Source: Girardia tigrina
Taxonomy: Eukaryota
Reading direction: 5' to 3'
Length of the DNA: 57,415 bases
Assembly: GCA_001938485.1 (NCBI GenBank)
Contig: MQRK01240728.1
Span: 25,036 to 82,450 of the forward strand
Part shown: positions 34,969 to 49,540 of the stretch, in pieces
How the letters are laid out: each line of letters begins with the position of its first letter
Numbering within the stretch: the first letter of the stretch is position 1
The notes under the pieces: generated by a model
Databases searched by the model: none
Told to the model about the DNA's origin: nothing
What the model saw: only the letters and a program-made list of their open reading frames with translations
Position numbers and translations under genes: made by a program

Positions 34969-36055
34969 AATCACTCGTACCAATTTGGTAACGGAAGAAC
35001 AAATTGCTACGAAACATCCACTTGGCTATCGCATAACCGAAGAGAATACGATATTTTCCAGATTAGTGATGATCGACGCATCATCAAACATTTTTTCTTT
35101 TATTACACAATCAAATAAATACTCATTTAAGATATGTGATAAAACGACATGTAAGATAGCACCTTTTTATCAATTTGCACGTACAGAGATAGATCTCACT
35201 ATTCCTTCTGAGATAAGAATCAAAGCCTATCAACATAACCAATTGCAATTACAATTTATCATAAAGATTATCCAGATACATGACAATTACATTAAATCAA
35301 TATGCAACGATCAGAAAATCTATAAAAATTTAACATTTTACATAACACATGAGTGTAAGCTTTCATTATTATTTTCTGTTTTTAATTCCACTTCCGAAGA
35401 TGATAAGTTTCAGGCCGACCCGGCGCAATATCACATCAGTTTTACATTTATTCCTTACGCCTTGTTAACTGATATAGGTATTAATCTTGATTATTCCTTT
35501 CATTTTTGTTTTGAAATATGTACACCACAATTTGATGAACAATTTAACACAATATCCTTCAGAAACACAACCACATTATTGAACTTTCTAATTTATCAGT
35601 CATCTGACTTAGTATTATCATTAAAATTGACATGGACATACAACAAATAATCATTTATACCAGGTAAAGACATGCATGTGCAGCAGATTGAGTATGCCCC
35701 TTGGAAGATACTCATTATTTCGAATGATATTTTTGATAAATTTGATGTATATCAATATTCTATCCAACTTAAGAAACAACACATAAACATGTATACACCC
35801 CAAATAACTCGATCTACCTTATTACCAATCAGTAAAGGGCTAATATACAATATAACGCCCAGTCAACAAGAGGAATTACATAACTGGCCTTTTATCATGT
35901 ATGGTATAGGTGTTTTTGGATTGATTTTCTTATTAATATTCTCTTTAATTAAAAGTTGTAAAGAATATCAGAAAAAGATAATGACTTTAAACTTATATCG
36001 TACATCCTTCGGGCAATACCTGCCAGGGGTGTACGTAAACGTAACACAGGTATAA
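34955..36055 (+). pseudogene. env-like type I membrane glycoprotein, 5'-truncated, one premature stop
   Basis: ORFs 34955-35650 and 35672-36055 share a frame. Cys-containing ectodomain with sequons NLT, NST, NTT and NIT; TM segment WPFIMYGIGVFGLIFLLIFSLI; short tail ending YVNVTQV. Confidence 0.55.
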
Positions 36056-36170
36056 AATTTCAAATCGAAAATAACAAGACAAATTAAAGTCTATAATTTT
36101 AAATTATCATATTTGCTTATTTTTAATTATTAGTATACAACCATTCACCGACTATTAATTCCCGTTTAGA

Positions 36171-37360
36171 ATGTTCAAGAAACCCAATTCCAAGATGCCT
36201 CGCTTCGATGTGACGAGGTATCATCAATATACTCCTGTCGATGAGCGGAGGAATATGTGCAGCAATTCGAGGACAGCTCAATTGCCTTCGCTTTACGGGT
36301 TAAGGAAACGCGTAGTAGAGGCAAATAACCAGTACATGGTCACACCTGTCCATTTACGAGATAAGAGAACCCAGAGAAATCTTTCTGAGGTTCAACGCCT
36401 ACAACAAGTTGAGGATGAGAAACATGCCCTGATAGAAGATATGAATATATGAATATATGGGACAAGCCGTACCACTCCCTTCAGATTGGCACCCTTCCGC
36501 ACCAATACAGTTAGAGGTGACCAAATTATTCCAGTTTCAAGTAACGCCGCACTACTACCCAAATATGTTTTACCTATGGATGCAATATGGATTGCCTTGG
36601 AATAAACCCATTACTAAGACGAAATTAGAGTACCCGGCGAAATACCCGAACAAATTGGTATATAATACCTACAACAAAAGGATGGTTATCCTCAAACGCA
36701 GTGTCCCCGGACGAATGACCATATCGGATATCATGGGAGTGTATAGACACTCATCTCCCACAACTTTTAATCGACCTTTCTACAGGGTCTTAGCTGTATA
36801 TATCCATGCAGCATCGACACCTCTTCAGATTACAGACGGGTCAACCGCTATTAAATTGCCGGAAAAGAAATCCATCGAAATTCAAGTCTTCCGGGTGAAG
36901 GACATCGATGAAATCGAGCAATTAAACGACATCAGTCTCAACATCAGACGACGTGGGAATATTCGCTGTAGAGTTCTTCCTACAGGATGATCTCTCTAAT
37001 CCGTTCCTCGAAAACTCCTATCTGATCATCGAATCAGATGTGAACATATCGGACACCATTATCAAACAAAGATGTTCATTCCTCAGAAAACCCCTGACTG
37101 AAAAGGAAATACAAAACCGAATCCGTGTCACGGAGAGAGAATTTGCCGTAGGTACAGACAAGAAAGACCATTTAGTTTCAGTCGCGTTCCTAAATTATCA
37201 CGGCGCGGTCCTCATGCACACCTTGGTGCATCCAAGATCACGTATCCATGACTTTGTTACCTTTTGTCATGGAATTAAGGATTCCGACGTACGTGACGCA
37301 ATGGACGAGTATCACGCGATTGCCGAAATCCACCGACAATTACAAGGGAATATACTACTG
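36171..37360 (+). pseudogene. Frameshifted ORF ending in a REX4/ISG20-like DEDDh 3'-5' exonuclease domain (truncated)
   Basis: EREFAVG....LVSVAFLNYHGAVLMHTLVHPRSRIHDFVTFCHGI..SDVRDA......AEI...LQGNIL parallels REX4 DCEMVG..LARVSIVN..G..LYD..V.P...V.DYRT..SGI...L..A......EV...L.GRILVGH (recalled). Confidence 0.7.
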
Positions 37361-38349
37361 ACAGAACTGTCTCGATGCAGGCTATCCAGATTGACCACGT
37401 CCTTAAGTGGATTCATTCATGTCCATCCAAAATATTTCATTTTAATCATAGTATGCATTGAGCGTTAAACACACATATATATGTACATATATAAATAATT
37501 ATTATAAAAACTTACTATTATTTTTATTTTTGGAAAATACTTTATTAAGGTTATCAATAAAGCTTTCATTACTTAAATTTTCACCGCTAAAATTTTTAGA
37601 TAAATATTATTAACAAAAAATTAATTTATAAATGAAAACTTGATATTATTTATTAATAACGAAAATTCTCCATAAGATAAATAACGATTCAAAGATTTCA
37701 AAGTTAAATAAAATTACAAAAGTTCAAAATAAATTTATCGTCTCTCAAAAATACTACCAATAAACTATGATCACAAATCGATTTAATCTATTTCCACTTT
37801 CAAATTCGCACAAACATTAAAAATACCACTAAATGAAACAAAAATCACAAAGCAATCGACTCAATGTCACAAAAAATTCTACTTAGTTGTAACAAAACCA
37901 ATGACATCGATCCAATTCGACAATCGACCAATCAAAACGCCGAACAATGACATTCATTTTTATTTTGATGAGTCATTTCATTGGTAATGAACATTTTTGT
38001 AATAATAATCATGAATTTAATTCAGATTCACTTCAACCTTTATTTTATATATTTTTAAATTTAATACTTTTTTATTTATAGATATAATAATTTATATAAA
38101 AAGACAAGCAATAAAATTTTCAGTCATTGTCATTTAGTTACTACTGAACTGAATGACAATTCTAGATAAAAGACATAGAAAGATAGAGATCAAGCGGTTT
38201 TGCGGTGTAAATAATGATAATAATTTAAATATAATATTTTTTAAAAATCGAATCCCGAACATAATCTTTCTTTACATAAAATCTCTAAATTTCGTCAACG
38301 TACATTTGTCGCTTTGACTAAAGATTAAGTACATAATTACACACGTACA

Positions 38350-40560
38350 GAATAATGCGAAGTTCGAATAAGAGTATTTCATCATGTATGCATGTAGTGT
38401 AAAAATATTATAATCCATATTCGTCCCACACTGTATTTCTTCTGAGATACGTGAAAATCCAAAGTGTTCCGCCAGACTCTCAGTTTGCCCCGATAGCTGA
38501 GAAGGGCGCAGTGATAAAAATTCGGAAGTAGTGCTGGACTCATTTATATTCAGTAAATTGCAATCTATACTAATTACTCGTTTTGTCTCTCGATTTTTAG
38601 CATAAAAATAATTTTGCAAACACTATTTTTACATAAATCAGAAGATTACGACTCCCAATTGCATTATTAAATTGATATTCTGAGTATCAATCTCTTAATT
38701 TCGATCCTGAGAGAAATTCTTTCATCCAGGAACTGTTTGAATTCTGTTTCAATTGAAAGGAAAGATAGTAGAACCAACTTTGCGGCAGTACTGATGGCAG
38801 CATATCACAGCAATCAACGGATTATTTACATGAGTATAAAAATAATAAATTTCAAAGTGATTCTTGTTCAACTGTGAATAAATTGTTTAGTTGTGCAAAC
38901 TTATTTGGTAAATCTCTTACTTGAGAATGCACTAAACCAGTGTTTTTTAAGTTTTTTAGTTGTGTGCAACCTAAGAAGATGTTGGTGAGGTATAACATTT
39001 ATTTTTACTCAAATATTGTTACATCACACATACACACTGAATTTAAATGGTTAAGAACAAAAGAATGTCTTATACTTATTAAATAAGTATGCAATTATAA
39101 ATGACCTTGTGTAGGAGCGTGTATATACGAGAGGAAGAGAGAATGAGGGGAATAGCAGTCTGTGTACTTTTTAATGAACCCATCATTTACCTATAAATAA
39201 CTAAATGAAATATTAGCCAGTCATTTCATAAGTTCTTTCCAAAAATGAGTTCTGAGATCAGTGGCTTTCTGTAAAAATTGTGATTTGCTTTTTATCACCG
39301 AATTAGGATAACCATCGTTTCCCAACAATTTGGGTATCACTCAGCTGATTCGATCGCCATCACATTAAAGTACATTTATTGCATAAAAAATATTTTCAAA
39401 ACATTTTCCAGCGTAAAAATAGTTTTACAATCAATCTTAATATTCAATTAGTCGCAAGCAATAACATTTTAGGATCTCCTTTTAACAATTCTGTGGCAAG
39501 CAAGATACAAAGAATTCCATCTAGTTTCTGTAACTTTGACCAATTTTCTGTCAGAAATATTATTTAAAAATTCAGTTTTTCGCATAACATTGTAAATATT
39601 TTTATCAAATCAATCAAAGATTTTTGGATTTTGATAACTGGTAATCTGTCCAAAATATGCTTCAATGAGGAATTTAAAACATGATTCTTTTTGTTTCATT
39701 ATATTCACAATGATTTAATTCTTAATATGATTTCATTTTCATATATCAGAAGTAAACTCTTAGTCTCAATCAACGTGCTCTGCATCGTCCATATTATTGA
39801 AGATTTTTTGTGCCTTCCAATTGATTCAGTCATCCAAAGACCATTTGAAAATTCTTTCACAATATTTGCACCTTCATCAGTCGTGAATCTTAAAATATTT
39901 GAATAGTAAATATTCCACGAGGTGAAGATTTTTGAAAAGCAAAACAGAATTCTCTGATGCATAGGATTGAGGAGTTTTTAGGGTCGAAATTAAATGTTTC
40001 TAACACAGAAAATTTGAATGATAACACCAATGAAAGACTCAGAATAGTTATTCTTTAACCATATATCGGCTTCAATTGAGATTTTACTTGATTTATTGAA
40101 TTCTTTTACTTTTAGATTAATTATTAGAAATGCACTTTGAAGAAGCTTATTCAAGACACTGTGAGAGGGAATCGATTCCTCATATTTTGGATTAAAATTG
40201 TTGGGTATTACAATTAAAATTCGCTTCTATCTTTGTTTATATTAAATTGCTAATCTGACTCCAAATCGACCAATAGGTTTCTTCCAACAATATTAATTTT
40301 TTTACAAAATTAAATGTTTGACCATCGGAACATTATTTTAAAACTATTGACTCAAAAAGTTTCACAATGTTTGACTGTATTTCCTCTTGAATATTGTTGT
40401 GGCAGCTTAACAAATGGCTTTTTAATGTTGAGACATTTCTATCTTTGTTGAAGTAGTTAAAATTATCAATGGAGCATTCATAAGCATCAAAAACATCTCT
40501 TTCTGGATAGTATTCTCAAAAGGGGCTTGACTTTTCTTTTGACGTTATCTTTTGATGCTA
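38350..40560 (-). mobile_element. Degenerate hAT transposase
   Basis: BED-finger-like YECSIDN...RNVSTLKSHLLSCH (~40400-40485); FTTDEGANIVK (TDNGAN motif); RCRA (CxxH position); RW motif near 39315; dimerisation-domain remnants; many stops. Confidence 0.7.
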
Positions 40561-42769
40561 TACTTAAACAAAAATGGAAAACGAAAAAGCATCAAAGCTT
40601 AAAACAGATGAAAGAAAAAATTTTTAATTTACATTTATTTAATTTTATTTTTCATTATTAAATTTTTTATTTTTAAATATTTCTCTATTAATTATTTTTA
40701 AGTATTACTTATTTTTGATACATTTTTTGTGACTGAGTACCTACTCAGTAAATTTCACAAACGTGTCCAGTGCTGGACCAGTCAATTTTACACATTTTGT
40801 ATCTGAATAGTCTGTCAGTACTTGGTAACTGAGTACTTTGTACAAAGTATAATTTCTATACGAAACGGATATTGAGAAAAAAACTGATTATAAACAATGT
40901 GACAATAAAATCCTTTATTTGTGTTGGACAGTTAAATATTAAACAAAATTAATTATGAAAATAAACTGCAACCTATTTACAGTGTATAACTTTTAGTTTT
41001 TTTTGTAAATTTGGAAAATTTTAATGATCACTATTAATTTATAATTTTGAGACACAAAGAGAATAGTTAATCAGAGCCTATTTTTTTATTAAATAATTTA
41101 GGCTTTATAGAAATTTATAATTTAAGCCTTAATTTTAAAAGAATGCACAAAATAAATAAGTTATTCACTAAATTTTCCAAATATTGTTGTCTCATGTATA
41201 GATGAACACTTCTAAAGCATTTAACGCAAAATAAAATTTTTCTTCGGAATATTTCCTTTCCTGTGTTTTATTTGTTTTTAATTTAGATTTTAGGGCGTTA
41301 AAATTTTAAAAAGGAGTGTATTTTTTTGTATAAGATGTGTATAAACATTTTACTGTTTACTTTTGTATGTGATTTTACTTCATTTAATTCGGGGTTAAGT
41401 GAATTAAATTTTTTTTTTGGCATGTGATTTTAGATTTACGTGGTTTGTAGGGTATTTATTTGCTTTATTTTTTTTACAGCTGATTTGTGATTATTTATTT
41501 ACTTTATTTTTTTTATATCACATTGTTTTACAAAGAAAATCGGTGATTTATCGGGTTTCTTTGAACTGTCTATTTTATCGAGCGAAAATATTGAAAATGT
41601 CTTTTAACAACATTCGTCGTATTCATTATCGCTGACTCTTTAATCATTGAACATTGTATTCGTATTTGTCGACGATTAATCACAAACATCCGGCGAATAG
41701 ATGATATTTACAATTATTGGATAAATATTTTAATGACTAAAGTGTTAATAAATTCTCATCGATCGAATAAAGACTAATCAATTCCCGAGAGAGATTTCCG
41801 AATATAAATCAACGCAAATTAACCAATTTCAGAATCATTTTTTTTATCGAAATTTACTTTTATTTTTACATTTAAAAACTTAATGACAAAAAATCTCTTT
41901 ATTGTTTTTTNNNNNNNNNNNNNNNNNNNNNNNNNNNNNNNNNNNNNNNNNNNNNNNNNNNNNNNNNNNNNNNNNNNNNNNNNNNNNNNNNNNNNNNNNN
42001 NNNNNNNNNNNNNNNNNNNNNNNNNNNNNNNNNNNNNNNNNNNNNNNNNNNNNNNNNNNNATATCATTCTCTATCATCATTCAAATTCGAAATAAATGAT
42101 ATGGGAAAAATTGAAATATATTTCGTTGTTTATATAAAACGAAAAAACGAAAACGAAACAAAAAATAACTTGATTAATTTTACCGTGAATGTCATTACGA
42201 AGCAATTGCATATGTTATTAATTCTGTTAAATAAAGTTCGTATTTACAGTGGTAAATTTTATTCATTTTTTATTATTCTGAATTGTATTAACGATACTAA
42301 ATTTTATTCATTTTTATTTTTCTAAATTGTATTAACGATACTAAATTTTATTCATTTTTATTATCCTAAATTGTATTAACGATATTTTACGAAAAGTTGT
42401 AAAATTAGTTAAATATTTCTATTCCTTAGTAAGAAAAGAAAAGAATAGACATTCGACAACCATTTCGAATCGATATTATTTTTTTTCTTACAAGATGCAT
42501 CATATATGCTAAGTGTTTTAAATTTAAAATAATATTTTCTTTTCAAATATTTATATATTTTGGTTTAATTTATATATATTTGATATTGGTTTGATAATTG
42601 TTCGCAGATTATGAATAATACTATTGAGTTCTTTTATTAATTGGAAAATAATAGAGTTTGTTTGATGGAGTAATTTTAACCGGGTAAATGTTTTAAGGTA
42701 TGAGACTTTTGCACTATAAAAATTTGCTATACTTTATAATTTAATCTTTAATTAATTGCATCCTGTTGT

Positions 42770-43309
42770 GGTTTTTATTTTACTATACATTTATAACTTT
42801 TTATTCTAAACATTTGAATATTATGAAGGATTAGAAACAAATTTCCGTATACGAATAATGTAGCATGTATAGACACAAAACAGTAGGTGAAATGTTAACA
42901 AGTGATATTTGTGTGCACTGTTGCGTAATGAAAATAAATATTCAACGAACATAAATAAGATGGAAATTTTCTCTTGGTCTAAAGAAATTTTTTTAATATG
43001 TTGATTGTTTACGTGACCTATTTGTCAAATTATATCGTTTGTGATAAAAAAGAAAATATATATTATTGGTTTGATGAAATTTTCTAAAATTTCTGCAACT
43101 GGCAAATAAGCAGTTCTACCTGTACAGATAACATATTTTTACTTTAATTGGTTTTTATTTTACTATACATTTATAACTTTTTATTCTAAACATTTGAATA
43201 TTATGAAGGATGAGAAACAAATTTCCGTATACGAATAATGTAGCATGTATAGACACAAAGCAGTAGGTGAAATGTTAACAAGTGACATTTGTGTGCACTG
43301 TTGCGTAAT
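42770..43309 (+). repeat. ~160-bp direct duplication (about 42770-42929 and 43150-43309)
   Basis: GGTTTTTATTTTACTATACA...GTGTGCACTGTTGCGTAAT repeated with few substitutions. Confidence 0.9.
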
Positions 43310-46300
43310 TGAAATTCACTAAACCATATATACGCATCATAGTATAATTAAATAAAAGCCGTATACTACTATTTTCTAATATCAACATGCAGCATAACTG
43401 AATTCATTGGAGTCCGATGATTTTCTATTACAAAAATCGTTTAACTCAACAGCTCAACATTGAGTGGCCTCATTCGGCTTTCAGGTTTGACGACACTTCC
43501 ATTCCACTGCCTTTGAGTCATTTGCAGAATTTTGACATGGTCGATGTAGGTGGAAGGGTTTATTCAGTACGAGTTGATTGCAAGAAAACTTAATTTGAAA
43601 GGAAGCCACGTTGCATGGATCTTGTAAAAATTCTGCCCCTAGGGGCAAGACTTTAACAAATGTAATTTAAGGGTCCGACTTTTCACAAGTGCTTCTTAGG
43701 GCAGAATTTTGGTTACTGTACCGAACAACCCTCCACCATTTCTCTATTCTTTTTATTAGCTCACTTTCTACATATAGAATTGCCATATAGTAATGGCAAT
43801 TTTCACAACCAAGTATATTATCAATATAGAATAAATATTATAAATATTAAGTCTTTGAGGGTAATTAAAGAAATAAAGAATCAAGATGTATTTTATAAAC
43901 AAAATATAGACAAATATTTATGTTTATGAAACGAGGTGTTTATATGATTTCTTAGATAAAAGAATGTGGTTCAGTTGTCATGATTGATTACTATTTTTGC
44001 TAATATAAGGAACTCATTTATGCATGAACAATAAAATTTGATAATGAAACATTTAATTTTAAAATTAAGTAATTTTTTGTTATTTTAAGTAAAATAAAAT
44101 CAACACTTCTATGCTTAATATTTTAGATTTAGTCGAACCAACCACCAGTTTTCACATACTTCGGTAATATAAAATACCATTAATTTAATACAGCTATCCT
44201 TTATCTATAATTTTCTGTAACCTTGATATAGTCTTCACGTTGTCAAAGGGTTTTTACATATTTTACAGTAACCAAAGCACCGAAAGTATTAGATATGATA
44301 AAAGCTCAAAATGTAATTATTTTAATTGCACCATTGAAAATTGATTATGAGAAACTTAAAATGCCAAAGAATTGGAAGAGAATTTCTCCACTAAAGAAAC
44401 TCGAAAAATCGGACAAAAATAGTTTCGACAAAAACAGAGTCACAGTACTCATTTACAATCAGGAAAAAGTATACAACATAAGAAACGTAAAACTAAGATA
44501 ACCACGTTTTTTATCGTTTAGCTCCGCTTTTTCTATTGTGTAAGTTTATAGTTTTTTGTGTGTATCTTTATAATAAATTATTTTTAAATTCTCATACATT
44601 AAAATAAAAATGTATAATTATATATACCATTATTTAACCATTTCCGTTATATTAATAATAATAATTATTATTATTATTTTTACTATTATTATTATAATTA
44701 TCATTATTACATGTGTTCCATCCGACCTTCAGGTTGCCCCGAGGATCGGACAGTGTCTGAACAGAGTTGTGGAGATAGGATTTTGGAGATTTCAAAATTC
44801 GAATGCTGGGCCCATTGACAATTCAAGTTTATCTTTGAAAGATTAAAATAATTCACACTGTGACTGTTCGATTGGTCTTTCTCCAAACGCGCTCGCGAGC
44901 TCAACGGATATCAGGGCATCAGAAAGCGATTTTTCGAAGCGTGTTTCACGAAATTCGATCGATGTAAAGATCAAATTGTCGAAAATGAATTGATTATGAT
45001 GAGTTATCGAAAATATGATAATCGGTTAAGATCTTTAAATACAAATTTAGTTCCATGTTATGTTAATATTATGATACAATGAATCAGTAAAAGCAAACCA
45101 ATACTGCTGATTAATCAAATAATAGTGAACAAAGTAGATTTACTTTAGACCAATTTGTTTTCGATTAATGTAAGATAAAGAACCAAAATATACCGGTATT
45201 GGAATATTTATAAATTGATTTCGAGAATAAATATATTGTAATAGAAATTGTTATGATCAAAATTGTATATCGGATTACCGAGAAATAAATTGTATTTGGA
45301 TATTGAAATAAGGCTGATTGAAAAATTGGATTAAAAATTTAGATAGAAACTGGACTGGATAACAGTGTAGACTTATCAATTTTCACTATTCGCAATATTT
45401 TTGTGCTTAGTTTTCGTGTTTCTTTTAATTAATTTAACAGAATCCTTTTATTAACATTTACGAAAAATGTTCGATAACTTATGGAAAAATGAACAAAATT
45501 CAAATGTTCTTGAATAAATAATTTCGGAATTTTCGTTAAAGAATTTCAGAATAAAACTTTCTTTAAAAATTAGATAGTCCAAAATTCAAATTTTTTAAAA
45601 TACAAAATTCATGTATAAATAAGATTTGTGAAAATTTTCTTCGATAAATCTTATTATAAAAATCGCAATAATAATTTCATTCTGAAAAATGTAAATAATT
45701 CAAAGATACAAAGGTAAGATTTGTTTATATATTCAAAATTAAAATTCCAATCTTTTGAATTTAATGTTTTAAGTTTTATCGGACAGCTGATTTCAGAATA
45801 ATAATTGTGAATCGGAAATGAAAAGATCTTCCGATTGTCGTAAACAGCTGATGTATATTTCAATTTGTGATTCATAAATAATTATTGATTTTTTTAATTA
45901 TTTATTTTTTTATTTTTCTTTTTTAATTTTTAAATTTAAAATTTTAAACATTGTATGTAAAAAATGATTAAAAAATTATTTTTTTTATTATTTGCTGTTG
46001 TAGTATTACAGTAAGTTTTGAATATCAAGCCCACCAGTAGCCAACTTCAATGTTTCCAAGTAATTATTTATTAATTTATTCAATCGATCGCAATTTTAAA
46101 TTTTAAATACTGTTATTTAAATAATGAATTAATAGAGGAGAAAATAATTATTCTGCTTTTCTTTCATACTCTCCATCCTAATCTTCGTCATTTTATGTTT
46201 GTATATTATGGATTAAATAACTTTATAAGTAAATAAATAAAATAAATCAAATAACATTAAAAAATACATGAAATATACCTCCAGATAGACCATAAAAATA

Positions 46301-47394
46301 AATACATACGAGTACATTCAAAGAGAAAGAATCTCAGAAATTACTATAATAAAAATTAACAAATCATACACAAGAATATAAATATTAATATAGATTTTTC
46401 ACAATGTATTCACAAATATTATTATTTTCATTATATTATAAAATATATAAGTACATATATATTGTTGAGTTATGTAAACAATTACGTAAACAATATGTTA
46501 TTTTATTTATTTTCGTTATATTATTTAACAATATATTTTTGTTATATTTGTCCCTTCTAGTAAATAATTTAGTAAATAATAAGAATTATTATTTACCCCA
46601 ACAGCGCAATAATTATTAATATTATATTATTATTTAAGTAAGAAGTTAAGAAAAAGGTTTGAAAATAATAAGATTAAAAAGGTCAAAAAAACAATAGAAG
46701 AAAACGTAGGTACAACCTACAAGGTTAAGAAACCACAAGCCTTAGCAGCCTACAGAGTTGGAAGATATATAAAGAAGAAGCAATAGAGCACTAGTGCGAA
46801 AAAAATTTATCAATAATTCAGGTAAGCTAACAAAAGGCGAAAGAATTTTATCAATAATTCCGCCTAATTTACTTGAAGAAAACCGAAGCAACTTCCTTGG
46901 AGTTCAATATAATTTCCGAAGTCTGTGCCTGAAGAATTAATTGTTCCAGCGACATAGATACAAGGTTCTAATCAATATTATTAAAATCTAAATTTTTATT
47001 TATATTTAATAAATTAAATATTAATAAAATATCTAATTTTTATCTATTATATTAAATATTAATACAATCATTTTTATCTTATAAATTTATTTTTACTGGG
47101 TTACTGTTTTCCTAAATTATTAAAGACTCTGGACGAGAACCAGTCCTTTAACGTAAAAGGGAATTAAGTAAGGGGGTTCATACATACATAATTTAACCCT
47201 TGTAATTTTTATTCGAAATTTTATATTGTAAAAAGAAAATATTTGTAATTGTTATAGATTGATTTAAAATATTATTATACTGAAAGAATATCGTCTTTTG
47301 ATTTGAATCGAATTTAATTAATATTCATTTGAATTGATTAAATTGTTATTGATTGAATTAAGTTAAATTGAGAATTTTATTTAATATCATATAA

Positions 47395-47620
47395 TTGATA
47401 AATAAGTCTTTTGTTGGATATCGACAGAGGATTGTAGAAAATTCAACCCCAGATAATATATATGGTCGCTCTAAGTCAACCATCTATAAGTTGCAGCTTA
47501 CATTATTGCTCTCCAGATGGCACTTGTTCGAAGCCACCAAAAAAATATTTTTTATATTATTTTGTTATTTAAATACTAAATTTGTTGCGTGTGGGGTAAT
47601 GCATGAAATAATAGTAATGA
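47395..47620 (+). mobile_element. Possible internally deleted PIF/Harbinger transposase remnant
   Basis: IYGRSKSTIYK (HTH, FGISKSTV-like) and FVACGVMHE (ACxxLHN-like). Confidence 0.35.
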
Positions 47621-47659
47621 TGCTCAACATAAAAATAATTGTTTAAATAGTAATATTGA

Positions 47660-47900
47660 TTGAAGTATTTTAAGATTTAGTGTCCACGTTTAAATAATTA
47701 CTGAGAGGTTGATGGTAAAATCCTTTGATCTTAAAGGCAATGTGCAAACACTATTTTCTTCAACATAATAATGTTGAAAGTATTTTTATGATTTTTAAAT
47801 TGCTTAATGATTATATATACATGACACTGGTAGCTAATTTTGAATATATCATGATTAGTTTTGTCTAAAGATGACTGTTAATCTGTCGAAATCAGTAATA
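47660..47900 (+). mobile_element. Highly decayed Penelope 3' end with degenerate hammerhead
   Basis: ITERLMVKSFDLKGNVQ resembles the GIY-YIG ends; CTAAAGA-T-GAC...GTC-GAAA at ~47865-47891. Confidence 0.45.
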
Positions 47901-49404
47901 ATGAATTACGATGAGCGTTTTTTAGTAATTGTTAATAAATAAATGTTAACTGTAATATCATGTAAAAAATAGCTTATGACAGGAAAACAAATAGATATTT
48001 TCTTAAATTTAGACAGAAAATGAGACCAGTGTTGGTGCCAATCGAAATCTTATTGTAAATCAATGTATTTTTTATATCATTGATTATTCAATATAAAAAA
48101 TATAATTCATGTGACAAATATTCAAAAGCTTTTAAAGTAATATCTTATTAAAATATTTGTGTTCATGAGTATTATTTTTTCCACATTTCGAAGCATAAAT
48201 TTATAGTTTCAATAAGTGGAACATTTGTAAATAAACTAATAATATCAAACGATCTGATATTTTTATAAGTATACTTGTATGTATGTAACACCACATAATT
48301 TGGAGATATCTAGTCATCTCTGCACATGGATCAAAGAACATAATCGACTGGATAACAGTAGCAATATTGTAGAACATAATTTAAAATGTTAAAAGAAAAT
48401 CAAAGATAGTCACTTTCATATTCTGTACAATCGATTTAAAAATTATTTGGAGAATCGTGTGAGGATCAGAAAATAATTATTCAAGCTTCACCTCTCTGTT
48501 ACATAGTTTCAAATAGAAACTTAATGACGTAATCATCACTTATCCTCGTATATAATCTTCAAAACCTAAAGTTAATTTGGCACTGGGTAATCCACCGAAA
48601 TTAAATACAAAAATAAATTTTGAAAATAGGAAAATTATAATTTTTATTTAATAAAATCAAAATTTTTTAATGTCTAGAATTGGACAAAAATCAGATTAGA
48701 TTTTTGACACTTAAAGCGATTTATGAATACTGTTGAATTTTATCGAATGTTAATTTGTTTTGTGATTTGAATTTGTTGAATATTATTTTGGTGATTAGAA
48801 ATTAAATTTGTTGAAGATTTCATTTTTGTTTTGAAAGATAATTGTTAAATTTTAAATTGTGATTTTTAGTGTTAATTATCAAATTTGAAACAAAAGGCAG
48901 GATAACTTTTGTTTTCCTCGCAGTTAGGCATAGGTAAAGAAACAACGAAAAACATAATCCAGATTAGGAAATAGGGAATAAAATCTTTCAATTTCTGAAA
49001 GAATCTCCTTACTCCACGCTAGTAGAGATGCGCAAATTCTTGCAACTCAAATGTAGTGTGAAGTGCTCACCGTCAACTAATTAAATTAACCGTTTCATGT
49101 ACAAAAAATACAACACCATCAGATCAGAAAACGTTCAGGCAAAGAACTCTGATCATTTAAAATTACTGCGAAAAAAATACTCAGCCAATTATTTAAGATT
49201 TGGAATAGAAAATCCCGACTGCATCTGTCGATGAAATAAGATTTGATTAGTGAATGATGCAGAAGCAAGTTCAAAATGCGGTTCCGAAATCGATATAACA
49301 GTCACAAATTCAAGTTGATAAAATATAACCTTCTTATTGTGAATATCCATAAATTGGCCGATCCACCACAAAATTTTTGTTAGCAGCCAAGATCAATCAA
49401 AATA

Positions 49405-49540
49405 TCAATCACTTATAACGAAAATGCCTCAATCCATTCGAATGTCATGAGTAGGAATCACATACCGCATTTACCACCCTACTCGCAATTCCTAGATCAC
49501 ATAGAGGCCGTGTTCAAAAAACTGAAGAGAGAAGTTTGAT
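49405..49540 (+). mobile_element. Tc1/IS630 DDE transposase fragment
   Basis: NENASIH...HLPPYSQFLDHIEAVFKKLKREV matches DNASIH...LPPYSPxLNPIExxF..LK. Confidence 0.65.

Larger units (their letters stand above)
34224..37360 (+). mobile_element. Internally deleted LTR retroelement with gag stub, env-like ORF and exonuclease-containing ORF
   Basis: TGTTACG...CGTAACA (34224-34269); PBS TGGTGCCGCGAACCGGGA at 34274-34291 (tRNA-Phe-like, 15/18); AT-rich leader; then closely packed intronless co-oriented ORFs. Confidence 0.65.
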
